DNA from: a virus
Lineage: Duplodnaviria > Caudoviricetes
Direction: 5' to 3' (one strand)
Length of the DNA stretch: 64,000 nt
Virus record (IMG/VR): IMGVR_UViG_3300028048_003152
Span: 4,795-68,794 of that record
This document shows positions 47,492 to 57,742 of this stretch, one piece after another (the first letter of the stretch is position 1; every line of letters starts with the position of its first letter). The position numbers and the translations under genes are program-made. Under the pieces are notes generated by a model. It saw only the letters and a program-made list of their open reading frames with translations, had not been told where the DNA came from and did not search any database.

Positions 47492-48865
47492 TCAGTTCAA
47501 TCTCGCCTTCACTGCGGCGATCAGTTTTTCCTGCGTCACGTCCTTGGCTTCCAGCGCAGCAAGCACGTCCTCGTCCACCGTATCTTTCGTCACGATATGA
47601 TGGATCGTTACGGTGCTGCTCTGTCCCTGCCGCCAGAGCCGGGCATTCGTCTGCTGATACAATTCGAGGCTCCACGTTAAGCCGAACCAGATCAGGATGT
47701 GACCGCCCTCCTGGATGTTGAGTCCGTGTCCGGCTCCAGCCGGATGGATCAGGGCAACGGGGATCTTCCCTTCATTCCAATCCCTGATATCCTCGCTCTC
47801 CCGGATGTCCCTGGGATCGTATCCGGCTTCGATCAAATGCTCCAGAATACGCTGGCGGTCATGCTTGAACCAGTAGGCAATCAGCACGGGCTGACCGTTC
47901 GCCGCCTCGATCAGATCATCCAGGCAGTCTAACTTCCTGCTGTGGATGGTTCTGGTTTCTCCGTACTCGTCATACACAGCGCCGTTGCTCATCTGCAGGA
48001 GCTTGTTCGACAGCGCGGCGGCATTCCTGGCATCGATGTCCCCGTCCTCCAGTGGAATGATGAGATCTTGTTTCAGCTGGTCATAGAGCTTCCGCTCCAG
48101 CTTTGACATCTCCACCTCATGCCGCACATAGACACACTCCGGCATATCCAGATAATCCAGTGCCTTCATGGAAATCGTGATGTCGCTGATGCGCTCATAT
48201 ATCTTTTCTTCCGCTCCCGGACGAGGAATGTAACTGAAAACCACGCCGGTCTGCGGATTCATGGCTCCGGCTTTAAAATAGGCATCACGGTATCTGCCGA
48301 TGAAACGACCAAGCCGCTCACCGTCGTCCAGGATGCCGATCTCCGCCCAGAGATCCATCAGCCCGTTGGAAGTCGGTGTGCCGGTCAAGCCGACCCATCG
48401 TTTGACGAACGGTCTGATCTTCCGCAGCCACTTAAATCGCTGCGCCTGGTGGTTTTTGAAAGATGACAATTCGTCGATGACCACGCAGTCGAAATCCCAG
48501 CGCAGCCCGTTGGACTCATAATATTCGACCAGCCATTTGACGTTTTCCCGGTTGACCACATAGATCATGGCTCCGTGGTTCAGCGCCGCCGTCCGCTCCT
48601 TCACGTTGCCGACGATGACTGAGACATCCAGGTCATGCAGATGATCCCACTTCTCGACCTCGGCGGGCCAAGTATCCCGCGCAACCCGAAGGGGCGCTAT
48701 CACCAGAACTTTTGAAACGGACATACTGTCCAGCATCAGATCCCGGAGCGCCGTCAATGTCGTCACTGTTTTCCCTAAGCCCATGTCCAGGAACAATGCC
48801 GAGACAGGGTGTGTTTTGATGTAATCGATACAGTATCGCTGATACTCATGCGGTATAAACTTCAA
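47492..48865 (-). CDS. SNF2-family helicase
   Basis: MGLGKT, IDELSSFK, LTGTP, GHGLNIQ, QTNARLWRQGQ. Confidence 0.93.
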   Translation of the reverse strand: MKFIPHEYQRYCIDYIKTHPVSALFLDMGLGKTVTTLTALRDLMLDSMSVSKVLVIAPLRVARDTWPAEVEKWDHLHDLDVSVIVGNVKERTAALNHGAMIYVVNRENVKWLVEYYESNGLRWDFDCVVIDELSSFKNHQAQRFKWLRKIRPFVKRWVGLTGTPTSNGLMDLWAEIGILDDGERLGRFIGRYRDAYFKAGAMNPQTGVVFSYIPRPGAEEKIYERISDITISMKALDYLDMPECVYVRHEVEMSKLERKLYDQLKQDLIIPLEDGDIDARNAAALSNKLLQMSNGAVYDEYGETRTIHSRKLDCLDDLIEAANGQPVLIAYWFKHDRQRILEHLIEAGYDPRDIRESEDIRDWNEGKIPVALIHPAGAGHGLNIQEGGHILIWFGLTWSLELYQQTNARLWRQGQSSTVTIHHIVTKDTVDEDVLAALEAKDVTQEKLIAAVKARLN

Positions 48866-48880
48866 CAGCTCCCACCTCCA

Positions 48881-49096
48881 TCAGCATCCAAGGATTCCGA
48901 AGGATACCCTCGTCCTTCCCGGCAGGTGGATCGGCGCGACTTCTGCATATGGGCAGTTACGACTGCACCGTGACATATCGTGGAACAGACCGCAGTACGG
49001 TATCCCGTTCCGGATCACACAGTGGCGGCATCTGGGATAAAAAGGCGGGAACAAGACCATGCTCCTCGGTCTCTCCTGTACTCCTGTGTTCATCAT
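48881..49096 (-). CDS. Small Cys-rich hypothetical protein
   Basis: CRHC...C...C..CP in operon context. Confidence 0.4.
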   Translation of the reverse strand: MMNTGVQERPRSMVLFPPFYPRCRHCVIRNGIPYCGLFHDMSRCSRNCPYAEVAPIHLPGRTRVSFGILGC

Positions 49097-49111
49097 TGAC
49101 TCCTTCCCGGA

Positions 49112-49576
49112 CTACTCGTCTGAGTCAGACGGATCGTCCAAAGCATAGAAGCCCGCCAGCTCGGACGGGTCTTCTGGTTCAAAGTTATCTCCATAATCGT
49201 CAAGGTCATCCAAGCTTCCCTGATCGGACGGAAGTATGGCTATCTCCAGCTCAGGCACTTCCGCGCCGATGCCTTCCGGGAACGGCTCGCCAGGAATCCA
49301 GTCGAGAATAGCCTGGATGCACGGTTTGATCTGGCTCAGCCTGTCGATGCAGAGAACCGGGAAGCCGAGTTTCATCAGCTGATACCTTCGCTTCCTTTGA
49401 AGCGGTCGCAGCATCTTTCCGGGCGCTTTCAGTTCCACAAACACCGTCTTGGCAGGGAAGAAAAGAATAAGCCGATCAGGAAGACCGTTTGTGGTCTGGC
49501 TGGTCAGCTTGTAGGCGACTCCGCCCGCCTTCCGGACGGCCTTGACAAATTCATTCTCTACGACGTACTCTCTCAT
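49112..49576 (-). CDS. VRR-NUC domain nuclease
   Basis: GLPDRLI, FVELKAPGK. Confidence 0.88.
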   Translation of the reverse strand: MREYVVENEFVKAVRKAGGVAYKLTSQTTNGLPDRLILFFPAKTVFVELKAPGKMLRPLQRKRRYQLMKLGFPVLCIDRLSQIKPCIQAILDWIPGEPFPEGIGAEVPELEIAILPSDQGSLDDLDDYGDNFEPEDPSELAGFYALDDPSDSDE

Positions 49577-49761
49577 CGTCTGGGGCCTCCGTATCTCTCT
49601 TCCCAATTGTCACAGGAGTCCCTGCCGTCATAAGCGAGGTCATAGTAATCATCCGCTATCGTGCATTGGTGTTCCCTGAAATAGCGGCAGTTGTGACAGC
49701 AGGGCTCCCTCTCATACGTCACGCTCTCCCAGTATTCTGGGTAGGTCTCTATGTCGCTCAT
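49573..49761 (-). CDS. Small Cys-rich hypothetical protein
   Basis: CCHNCRYF...C...SCDNWE; coupled on both sides. Confidence 0.55.
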   Translation of the reverse strand: MSDIETYPEYWESVTYEREPCCHNCRYFREHQCTIADDYYDLAYDGRDSCDNWEERYGGPRR

Positions 49762-50825
49762 GCGTTGATCTCCTTCCACTGTGCCTCCGGCATGGTAGCC
49801 ACCTGCCAGCCGATGCCCTCCAACGCAGTAGCCCGGTCGTAGGACTCTACATCCTGCGAAGCGCGTGTGATGGCATTGGAAAGGCCATAGAGGGAGAGAT
49901 CGCCACCCTGAATCAGATAGTTCAGAATGTTGTCCTGCTCTGGCTGATTAAGAGCGTAGGTCTTGCCGGTCAACTCGATCACATCCTGCACCCTGCCTGT
50001 GATACGAGCGTGTGTGGCATCCTGCAGGCGTCCGACGATCTGTGCGAAACGAGCCTCCTCAATAGCGGCCATTGTGGTGTCCTTCAATTTGAGGATAAAA
50101 GCCCTGTCCTCCGCCTCCAAAGTGGCATCCGAATAGACTGCGAAGCTATCCTCCAGCGCCTTCGCCTGCCTGCCGACGTGGGCTTTCCGCTCGCCGAAAT
50201 CGTTACATACCATACCGTTCGAGCAAACCAGCCGATATACGAGAGGCTGAACGGACACAGCGCCGAGTCCGACCTCGGAATTGCTGATTACCACTCCGGC
50301 CTGCACATAGTCTCCGGGAACAACGGCCATCTCCAGTCGATGGTTTACGATCTTAATCGCCAGACGCGATTCGGTCACTTCGCAGCTGACCACTTCCATC
50401 TCCTCGCGCCCTGCGAAAAGCGGAAGCACCGCTGTTGCAACCTCAAGATTGTCGATGCGGCGGTAGCGGTCGGAGAGCAGCGCCCTCGCAACCCTGCCGC
50501 TGCCGTAATCCATGGAGCGGATCATATAGGACTGATCACGGTCTCCAAACCATGCGTTGACGTTCTCGGCCAGAAGCTCCGGCTTCTGAAGGCGCATCAT
50601 GTCGTAATACTTCGCCGGGATGTTCAGCGCCGAGCCGACCTGTCTGTGGAACAGATCCGTTGTGCCAAAGATCTCCTGCTCCCCTGTGTTCAGATGGGTG
50701 ATGCCGAAGGTGCTGCCATCGGGTTCAAGTTTGAATGACTGCGCCGGACCGATGAAGTCCTGTTTCGCTGCGTTCTGCCGCTGAAGTTCCGTAAGTACTG
50801 CGGGTAAAGTTCTGCCCTGTTTCAT
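49758..50825 (-). CDS. DUF932-like protein
   Basis: RALLSDRYRRIDN, ISNSEVGLGAVSV.PLVYRLVCSNGM. Confidence 0.8.
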   Translation of the reverse strand: MKQGRTLPAVLTELQRQNAAKQDFIGPAQSFKLEPDGSTFGITHLNTGEQEIFGTTDLFHRQVGSALNIPAKYYDMMRLQKPELLAENVNAWFGDRDQSYMIRSMDYGSGRVARALLSDRYRRIDNLEVATAVLPLFAGREEMEVVSCEVTESRLAIKIVNHRLEMAVVPGDYVQAGVVISNSEVGLGAVSVQPLVYRLVCSNGMVCNDFGERKAHVGRQAKALEDSFAVYSDATLEAEDRAFILKLKDTTMAAIEEARFAQIVGRLQDATHARITGRVQDVIELTGKTYALNQPEQDNILNYLIQGGDLSLYGLSNAITRASQDVESYDRATALEGIGWQVATMPEAQWKEINA

Positions 50826-50959
50826 TGTGTATGTCCTCCATTTCTGTGATTGAAAATATGTAACCGGAGCCATTTCTGACCCCGGTCAAAGTACGGTTTT
50901 ATAATGAATGTGCGGTTTTGAATGTCCTGCTTTCGGCTCTCAATGTCCGCTTTTTCAGC

Positions 50960-52921
50960 CTAATCCTTGAAATAATGAAACCCCTGGTATCCTGCGGAAG
51001 CCAAGGGAAGTCCGTCTGCCCACGCAGGATTCTTGTTCATGATGGCGCAGACCTCGTCCACGGTGATGGAACTGGCCGGCACTTCCAGAATGACTTCATC
51101 ATGGACGTGGCCGACGATGGCAAGTCCGGCCTGCTCAATGCGCCACATGGCTTCCGCCAGGAGATCCCGCGCCGTTGCCTGTGTGATGTTCTCCACGAGC
51201 TTGCCGGAGTACGTTTCACCCCGCGCCCACTTATTCGCTGCGTTAAGTCCCTCATAGGTGACCGCCATGCGCCCGAACCGGTTAGGCTGAAGCCTCGGTT
51301 TGATGTAGGCGAGCTTTCGCCCGGAGGGAAGCACGATCCAGAGTGTGTTTGCGTAGAACTGGAAACCGACCCTGCCGACCTGACGGTCGGTGTGATCCTT
51401 GATGGTATCCACAGCTGCCCGTTCTACATCCCACCAGAACTGCACGATTTTCTGATTAGCCGTCCGCCAGGATTCAATAATGTCGGGAAGCTCGGACTCT
51501 TTCAGCCCCATGTCCAAAGCACCCATCGAGATCAAAGCCCCTGCTGCCCCGCCGTATCCACAGGCGAGCTCGGCGACCTTGCCCTTCTGCCGCAGTTCCC
51601 CGTTGATGCCGTGCTTCACGACAGGCACACCGAACATCTGTGATGCCGATGCGCAATAGATATCCTCACCGCGTTTGAAAGCATCCAGCCGCCAGTTCTC
51701 CCCGGCAAGCCACGCAAGCACTCTCGCTTCGATGGCGCTGAAATCAACTATCGTAAAAATGCATCCCGGCTTGGCGATCAGCATCGTGCGGATTAGCTGT
51801 GACAGGATATCAGGTGTGTTCCCGTAGATGGATTCCACCATGTCGAAGCAACCCATCTTCACCAGGGCCCGTGCTTCATCGAGAGTGGAGATATGGTTCT
51901 GCGGAAGGTTCTGTAACTGTATCCCGCGTCCTGCCCATCGCTGTGTGCGGTTTGCGCCGCTGAACTGGAACAGCCCATGCGCCCTGCCATCTTTGCAGAT
52001 GTATCTGTCTGCCGCCTGATACTTCTTGACAGATGACTTCGCCATCTGTAATCTCAGCTTCAGCATATCCAAGGCTTCCTGATCCAGACCGTTTTTGTCG
52101 ATTTCTTTGATCATGGCGGCCACATCTTTTTTACCGAGGGAGTCGATGGCAATGCCCCGCTCCTCCAGCCAGCCCTTAAGCTGGGATACGGAATTCGGAT
52201 TCTCTAATCCGGTCAGCTCGTATGCTTTCCGGCTCATCTCCTCCGACAGCATCAGGTCGCAGGTGATAGCCTGCTCGACCAGGGTTCTGTCGATCAGGAC
52301 ACCCCGATCATTGATGCGCTGATCCATGTGGTAGAAGTCCCACTCGGAATCTTTCAGCGGAAGCGTCTCCAGCTTGTGTCGGATATCCCGCTCTGTGCGT
52401 ACATCCTGCTTGCAGTAGGATTTGAACCGCTCCCAGTCCTCCGGTGCATGCTCCGGCAGATTCCGTGTCCTGCCGCCGTTGCTCTTGGTCGGCCTGCAGG
52501 GAACGGAGAAATACTTGATCAGCCGCTCGCCGGCGTCATCCTTCTGCTCCCCGGTCTTCAGCACCTCCGCCGCCGTTTTCAGCTTCAGCGGAAGTGACAG
52601 GCTTGCCGCCCACACCATGGAGCATTGCCAGGAATCGGGGGATAACCGGGTACCGAAGAATTGACTGAGACAGGTGCGCTCGAACTGTGCATTCCAGGCA
52701 GCCTTGATGATGGTCGGGTCGTGAACAGCGTTAACAACCTCCTGCGGCAGTTCCTCGCCGCAGGCCAGATCCACCACATGGGCGTCCTCATCATCAAAAG
52801 CGTATGCGAAAAGCAGGATATGAAAGTCACCTTCAACGTAGCGATAAACCCCGCATTGGGCGAGGTCTACATCTGAGTACGTTTCCAGGTCGATGCTAAG
52901 TACACGTCTTTTCTCATTCAA
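50960..52921 (-). CDS. Phage family A DNA polymerase
   Basis: IDLETYS exonuclease, DFSAIEARV, RQKGKVAELACGYG, HVHDE; TTG start. Confidence 0.93.
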   Translation of the reverse strand: MNEKRRVLSIDLETYSDVDLAQCGVYRYVEGDFHILLFAYAFDDEDAHVVDLACGEELPQEVVNAVHDPTIIKAAWNAQFERTCLSQFFGTRLSPDSWQCSMVWAASLSLPLKLKTAAEVLKTGEQKDDAGERLIKYFSVPCRPTKSNGGRTRNLPEHAPEDWERFKSYCKQDVRTERDIRHKLETLPLKDSEWDFYHMDQRINDRGVLIDRTLVEQAITCDLMLSEEMSRKAYELTGLENPNSVSQLKGWLEERGIAIDSLGKKDVAAMIKEIDKNGLDQEALDMLKLRLQMAKSSVKKYQAADRYICKDGRAHGLFQFSGANRTQRWAGRGIQLQNLPQNHISTLDEARALVKMGCFDMVESIYGNTPDILSQLIRTMLIAKPGCIFTIVDFSAIEARVLAWLAGENWRLDAFKRGEDIYCASASQMFGVPVVKHGINGELRQKGKVAELACGYGGAAGALISMGALDMGLKESELPDIIESWRTANQKIVQFWWDVERAAVDTIKDHTDRQVGRVGFQFYANTLWIVLPSGRKLAYIKPRLQPNRFGRMAVTYEGLNAANKWARGETYSGKLVENITQATARDLLAEAMWRIEQAGLAIVGHVHDEVILEVPASSITVDEVCAIMNKNPAWADGLPLASAGYQGFHYFKD

Positions 52922-53069
52922 AAGATCACCATCCTCTCTGTGTGTTATCATCATCTGCCTGCGCCTTAAAAGAGCCTCCAAAACTGATGCTCTGGGGGCT
53001 CTTGTAAAGCGCAGACAGGAGAGAGCCGAAACCCTCTCCCATCCGCTGAAAGCGAGGAAACTCTTTGTC

Positions 53070-53654
53070 TTACTTCAGATAATCGGGAACGTCATCGCCG
53101 AACACATCGGTGCCGTCATCCTCGCCTTCGATCTCATCGAAATCGGAAGCAGCGGATGCCTTACCCGCCAGGCGCTCGCCGTCCTTCACCTTCTGGATGT
53201 TACCCAGGCCGGCCGCCACGCCCCTGTTGCCGGAAGCCGCGAAGCCGTAGAAGTTGACGGACACATTGCAGTAGTCGCCGGAGCCGCATTCCATAGGATC
53301 CAGAATCGGCTGAACCTTGCGGTCAACAATCTGCGGAGCGTCCTTCGATGTGGCGTTCAGGAACATGTGTCCTGCGTAGTTCTCGTCCTCCGGACGGTCG
53401 ATGTCGCCGTCACGCAGAGGAAGTTTCAGATTAGGCGGGATCTTGCCGCCCCACTTCTTGCCCTTGGCGTCCTCCTTGGCGGCTTCGACAGCCTTATGGA
53501 TCTTGGTCAGCGTGGCCTTGTCTTCCTTGGGGATCAGACAGGACACCGAATACTTCTCTTCGCCGCCGTTGATGCTCTTCGCCTCCCAGATGTTTGCGAA
53601 GCTGATGCGGCAGGGGATGACCACCTTGGTCGGGGATGTAGTCTTATTTGCCAT
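53070..53654 (-). CDS. DUF2815 single-stranded DNA-binding protein
   Basis: RISFANIWE, KYSVSCLIPK, PLRDGD, LGNIQKVKDGERL, acidic tail. Confidence 0.9.
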   Translation of the reverse strand: MANKTTSPTKVVIPCRISFANIWEAKSINGGEEKYSVSCLIPKEDKATLTKIHKAVEAAKEDAKGKKWGGKIPPNLKLPLRDGDIDRPEDENYAGHMFLNATSKDAPQIVDRKVQPILDPMECGSGDYCNVSVNFYGFAASGNRGVAAGLGNIQKVKDGERLAGKASAASDFDEIEGEDDGTDVFGDDVPDYLK

Positions 53655-53729
53655 ATACTTTTTTTACCTCCATAAAAATAGCGCCGGGTCTACCGGCGCG
53701 GATTACAAGATATCTCGCAGCCCTATTTG

Positions 53730-54980
53730 TCATTCCCCATCAGTCAGGACTGCGAATTCCTGATCGGGATTGCTGTTCAGGTCAACAGGCGGTCTCGGAT
53801 CGTCCTCCGGGACAAGCGTCAGCTTCCCAGGCGGCTTGGCGACATACTCGCCGAGCAGTTCTGCAAACCGCTTCTTACCCATCATTTTTTCAAACTCGGT
53901 CAGAGTGATGAGCTGCCGTTTGTAGAGGTCGGTGTAGCCGTTTGCCACCGCCGTGTCCACCACAGCCTTCGTGTCCGTGAACACACGCTTGCTCCTGCCT
54001 TCGACCACCTTGTAGCCGGGAATCGGGACACCATGGTTGATTGCCTCCGCTGATACGAATGCGAACACGGACTCTATCCATGAACTGATCCTGTTCAGCG
54101 TCGGCAGGATTCCCGCCAGCTCGTCCACCGGGATCAGCCCCGGCTGTTTGAAAACTGCTGTGTCTGTGTCGGGATTGTAGGGAGCCGTCATGTCCGTTTC
54201 CTCTGTATCGTCTGTAAACGCGCCTGCGTCGAGATCCAAAAATTCTTCTCGGCAAAGCGCCAGTGCTTCATCCGCGCAGGCGCGGCATACAGGCTTGGCT
54301 CGGCAGAACCGGCACCAGTCTCCCGGATGCTGTTCTCCCTTTCCTTCGTAGGCCATCTTCGCTATCGGTCTGATGCTCTCGCCCCATTCCTCCAGCTCTT
54401 TCCGGCTGCATTCGAAGGTGCTGATGTTCTCAAGGCGTGGCTGGATGATGCTCATACGGACAGTCTCGATCTCATAAATGTAGCCATAAGCGGCCAGGCC
54501 TCCGAGTGCGTATAGCATCATCTGGCTGTTGTGGTCTGCATCCACAAACACGCCCTGCCCCGTCTTAAAATCACAGACATGGAGCAGCCCCTTTCCCTGA
54601 TCGTCCTTCCCGACGATCAGCATGTCAGCCGTACCAAAACCGGAAGGAGCGATGTGGCTGTAATCCACCCGCTCCTCCACTAAAACCAGGGGTTCGCATC
54701 CATTACACTTCATCTCCTCGATGATGGTAATGACGAACTCCGCATACACATCGGTGATCGCGTCGATCTCCTCCGTGTAAAACTCCTCAGATTGAGGACG
54801 CTTCACTCTCTCGTGCAGATACTTCCTGACCTTATACTCGCACACCTCATGGGCAAATGTACCCTCGGCAGCGTAGACGGAGCTTTCATTGGGAAAGCCC
54901 TCTTGCAGCCGGACTGATGGCGGGCAATGAAGCCATTGCTTTGAACTGGATGCGCTTAACAGCGCGTGTACATCCGGCAT
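53730..54980 (-). CDS. DUF2800 Cas4-like exonuclease
   Basis: HALLSASS..W..CPPS, GTFAH, GTAD, DFKTG, QMMLYALG, CRFCRAK..C. Confidence 0.9.
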   Translation of the reverse strand: MPDVHALLSASSSKQWLHCPPSVRLQEGFPNESSVYAAEGTFAHEVCEYKVRKYLHERVKRPQSEEFYTEEIDAITDVYAEFVITIIEEMKCNGCEPLVLVEERVDYSHIAPSGFGTADMLIVGKDDQGKGLLHVCDFKTGQGVFVDADHNSQMMLYALGGLAAYGYIYEIETVRMSIIQPRLENISTFECSRKELEEWGESIRPIAKMAYEGKGEQHPGDWCRFCRAKPVCRACADEALALCREEFLDLDAGAFTDDTEETDMTAPYNPDTDTAVFKQPGLIPVDELAGILPTLNRISSWIESVFAFVSAEAINHGVPIPGYKVVEGRSKRVFTDTKAVVDTAVANGYTDLYKRQLITLTEFEKMMGKKRFAELLGEYVAKPPGKLTLVPEDDPRPPVDLNSNPDQEFAVLTDGE

Positions 54981-54995
54981 AGGCAGACCTCCCAA

Positions 54996-55484
54996 TCAAA
55001 GCTGGGAGAGGTCGGTCAGGAATGCCTCGTATTTTTCAGTGGGCAGTTCGCTCACTTTCGTTACGCCATAGGTTTTCAGAATCGCCCCGATCTTTTCATT
55101 ATTGGTACGATCCTTCTTGAGCTTCTGGACAATGATCTTGGTGATATCGTCCTGTGTGATGGACGGAGCGGTCTGTTCTTTCTCCGATTCCGCTTTTACA
55201 TCACCAGCCGGATCAGCCACAGCAGCATCGTCAGCGATACCAGCATCATCCACAGTTCCGGCTCCGGTCTCTTCCACAGCATCAGTTTCTCCCTTCCCGG
55301 CCTTTTCGCCGTCTTCCATCTTACAGGCGGTCATGATGTCCCTCGCTGTGCCGGCGTCCAGCGCCTCCAGCATCGACATCACCCCGGCGAAGACCAGACC
55401 GATGCCATCGGTCATCTTGCTCCACCTGACCGTGACTTCCTTCTTTACCTCTTCGTTGGCGAATGTCGCATTAGTCTCCGTCAT
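54996..55484 (-). CDS. Conserved phage protein upstream of DUF2800
   Basis: C-terminal ILKTYGVTKVSELPTEKYEAFL. Confidence 0.7.
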   Translation of the reverse strand: MTETNATFANEEVKKEVTVRWSKMTDGIGLVFAGVMSMLEALDAGTARDIMTACKMEDGEKAGKGETDAVEETGAGTVDDAGIADDAAVADPAGDVKAESEKEQTAPSITQDDITKIIVQKLKKDRTNNEKIGAILKTYGVTKVSELPTEKYEAFLTDLSQL

Positions 55485-55962
55485 AGATCAATCCCTCCTC
55501 TTCATCATCATTCGGGTTCCAGACATCCTCTTCGTAGCCGGGATCCTGCTGGCGAGCCTTCCATCCGAAGAACTCATCCAGCATGTGCCCTTCCATCGGC
55601 AGGCAGGGAATGTGGTGGCGGACCGGGATCCCCAGTTCCTCCGCCACAGCAATCTCCCTCTTCATGCCCTCGGTGATCCTGTTTCCGATGACCCAGAGTT
55701 CATCACAGCCAGACAGCCAATCAAGACCGAACTGGATGCCCGCCTCACGTTCCCCCGGCACATCCTCGGAAAGGAATTCCGGGAAGAACAGGTGAGGAGC
55801 CAGAGGCATGTAGCCACGGCTGACAGCGTATCCGCAGGCAAGCCTCGCAAGCTGCCGGTTGTGGCGAAGGTCTTCTGCCTTCTGCCTGGCCGTAGCGCCC
55901 CTGGGTCTGAACGGCGAGCAGATAAACGCCTTCCTGTGTTTCTGAGTGTGGACTTTCTTCAT
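55471..55962 (-). CDS. DUF4406-like (nucleoside deoxyribosyltransferase-like fold) protein
   Basis: FICSPF, PLAPHL, CDELWV.G.RITEGMKREI. Confidence 0.8.
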   Translation of the reverse strand: MKKVHTQKHRKAFICSPFRPRGATARQKAEDLRHNRQLARLACGYAVSRGYMPLAPHLFFPEFLSEDVPGEREAGIQFGLDWLSGCDELWVIGNRITEGMKREIAVAEELGIPVRHHIPCLPMEGHMLDEFFGWKARQQDPGYEEDVWNPNDDEEEGLIYDGD

Positions 55963-56063
55963 GTACAGTTCCTTTCTTCGGGTCTTTCCCGATAACGAGC
56001 GGACGGCCACAGCCCATGTGAGCCGCAGCCGTCCGTATGTCAGATTATGGAGGATTAACAAGT

Positions 56064-56109
56064 CCTCTCATATACTGTCCGCAGAGAGGCTGTTTAATAA
56101 CTATCCCCT
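56064..56109 (-). promoter_or_regulatory. 46-bp operon-head motif, copy 1
   Basis: AGGGGATAGTTATT-N5-GCCTCTC-W-GCGGACAGTATATGAG; overlaps the regulator stop codon. Confidence 0.65.
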
Positions 56110-56835
56110 GTAGTTTTTTTTCACTTTTTTTGTCGCCCCATCAAGATGATGCTTAACACCAACCTGCGTGATGCCCATAAGATCAGCGATTTCGTACTGG
56201 TTATACCCATAGTGGAAATACAGGATGAACACCTGACGCTGCTTCTCGGTCATGCTGTCCAGCGCCTCCTGCCGCGTCTCCTTGCGGATGTAAATGGTCT
56301 CCGGATCTTCGCCGATCTGATCCTCGCGCCAGGTATACTCATTCCGATAGGAGTCTTCCACAGCTTCCTCGGCATCGCCGTCCTTGTCGCCATTGTCGTC
56401 GGCGTTATAGTCCTTGGTCCCCTTGCGCCCACCCTGGCGCCGGTTCATGCTGTTCTGCTCCACCCTGTGATCCCCGACCAGCGTCAGCGCAAGCACCCAT
56501 GGCTGGGATTCCAGGAAGCCCTCCGGCAGGTCGATGTGCTCCTTGATCTCGCCGCCTTTCTCGCTCTCCTTCATCTTATCGAAGTAGTAGGTGAAGGAAA
56601 CGCAGGAGGGGATCCACACGACCGTGCGGCCGGATCCGTTGTCGTAAACCCCATAGCCGTTCGAGTAGACCAGAATGCCGTCACTCTCCGCAATCGGCTC
56701 TCCGGCTTCCTCCCGGAGCTTCCTTGAGGTCGGAGTCTTCGCTGCCCTGGTCACGGGGCCGAGGAGGTCGATCAGCTCGCCCAACGTCGTGTTCTCGGTG
56801 ATGATGTTGCCATTGATAGTTCTGTTGTTTTCCAT
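56101..56835 (-). CDS. Sigma-70 region-4 HTH regulator, paralogue 3
   Basis: MTEKQRQVFILYFHYGYNQYEIADLMGITQVGV. Confidence 0.8.
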   Translation of the reverse strand: MENNRTINGNIITENTTLGELIDLLGPVTRAAKTPTSRKLREEAGEPIAESDGILVYSNGYGVYDNGSGRTVVWIPSCVSFTYYFDKMKESEKGGEIKEHIDLPEGFLESQPWVLALTLVGDHRVEQNSMNRRQGGRKGTKDYNADDNGDKDGDAEEAVEDSYRNEYTWREDQIGEDPETIYIRKETRQEALDSMTEKQRQVFILYFHYGYNQYEIADLMGITQVGVKHHLDGATKKVKKNYRG

Positions 56836-56841
56836 GTTCGC

Positions 56842-57040
56842 GTCCTTTCTGCAGGACGCACTCCCGGCTGACAGATGCTCTCGGACCCATCACCGGCATC
56901 ACCCATGGAAAAGGGCGCACAGGCAGAAGGTGTCCTGACGCTCCATCCCCAGCTTCTCAACCACAAACTCGTGTGATCTCTAATCTGGATCTGAACCGTC
57001 TGAACATCTGTCCGCCAGTGTGCACCCTGACTTTCAAATG
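56842..57040 (-). ncRNA. Candidate structured 5' leader, copy A
   Basis: 43-nt block 56998..57040 and 26-nt block 56914..56939 identical to copy B; the blocks base-pair with each other. Confidence 0.55.
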
Positions 57041-57085
57041 GTTTTTTGTATTGTGATCGCGGCTCTCACCGCGCAGTCACCGTGA

Positions 57086-57742
57086 TTACTGATTGTTGCT
57101 GTAGTACTTCTTGACTTTTTCCAGAGCTGCCCTCAGATGCTTGCTCACAACCTGCTGTGCGGCTCCGATCATCTTCCCGATCTCCTGCTGTGTGTATCCG
57201 CGCCTGTACAGGACGAGCACCCGCCGCTGTTTCTCGGTCATCAGTTCTAGAACTTCCTCCATCTCCATCCGATGGATCAGTGCATCCTCAAAGCTGTAAT
57301 GCCCGCCATTCATCCAGTTCTTATCGTCCGGGATCTCCGAATGCTTGCTGATCCAACCCCGCTCCCGGTCATCCTCGTTCTTTTGCAGCTGGTCATCGAC
57401 CGCCATCATCAGGCGCAGCGGCCAGGGCTGGTCGAGGAAGAACTCCTCCTGGAAGTAATGCTGCAGATCGTCCCCGCCATATTGGAAAGCAGTCTTCTCT
57501 CCGTTGTCCACGAGATATCTGTAGTCTCTGCACTCATCGACTCTCACACCGACTGTCCGCCGTCCCGACCTGCCGATGGCAAAGCCGCAGGGATAAACAG
57601 CAATCTGGTAATCAGAAGACTCATACACAGCGATAGGCGCGCCGGAGGATCGGATGAACTTCGCTGTGGGGATGCGGTCGTAGGCTTCTGTGGAGGGGAG
57701 CTGGGACTTCAGCTCTCGCAGCGTTATGTACTCGCCCATCAC
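57086..57742 (-). CDS. Sigma-70 region-4 HTH regulator, paralogue 2
   Basis: MTEKQRRVLVLYRRGYTQQEIGKMIGAAQQVVS. Confidence 0.8.
   Translation of the reverse strand: MMGEYITLRELKSQLPSTEAYDRIPTAKFIRSSGAPIAVYESSDYQIAVYPCGFAIGRSGRRTVGVRVDECRDYRYLVDNGEKTAFQYGGDDLQHYFQEEFFLDQPWPLRLMMAVDDQLQKNEDDRERGWISKHSEIPDDKNWMNGGHYSFEDALIHRMEMEEVLELMTEKQRRVLVLYRRGYTQQEIGKMIGAAQQVVSKHLRAALEKVKKYYSNNQ

Noticed and set aside
29679-52921. Introns or inteins in terL, nrdD, primase or polymerase
   Set aside because: ORFs are continuous, of ordinary length, and show no splicing motifs
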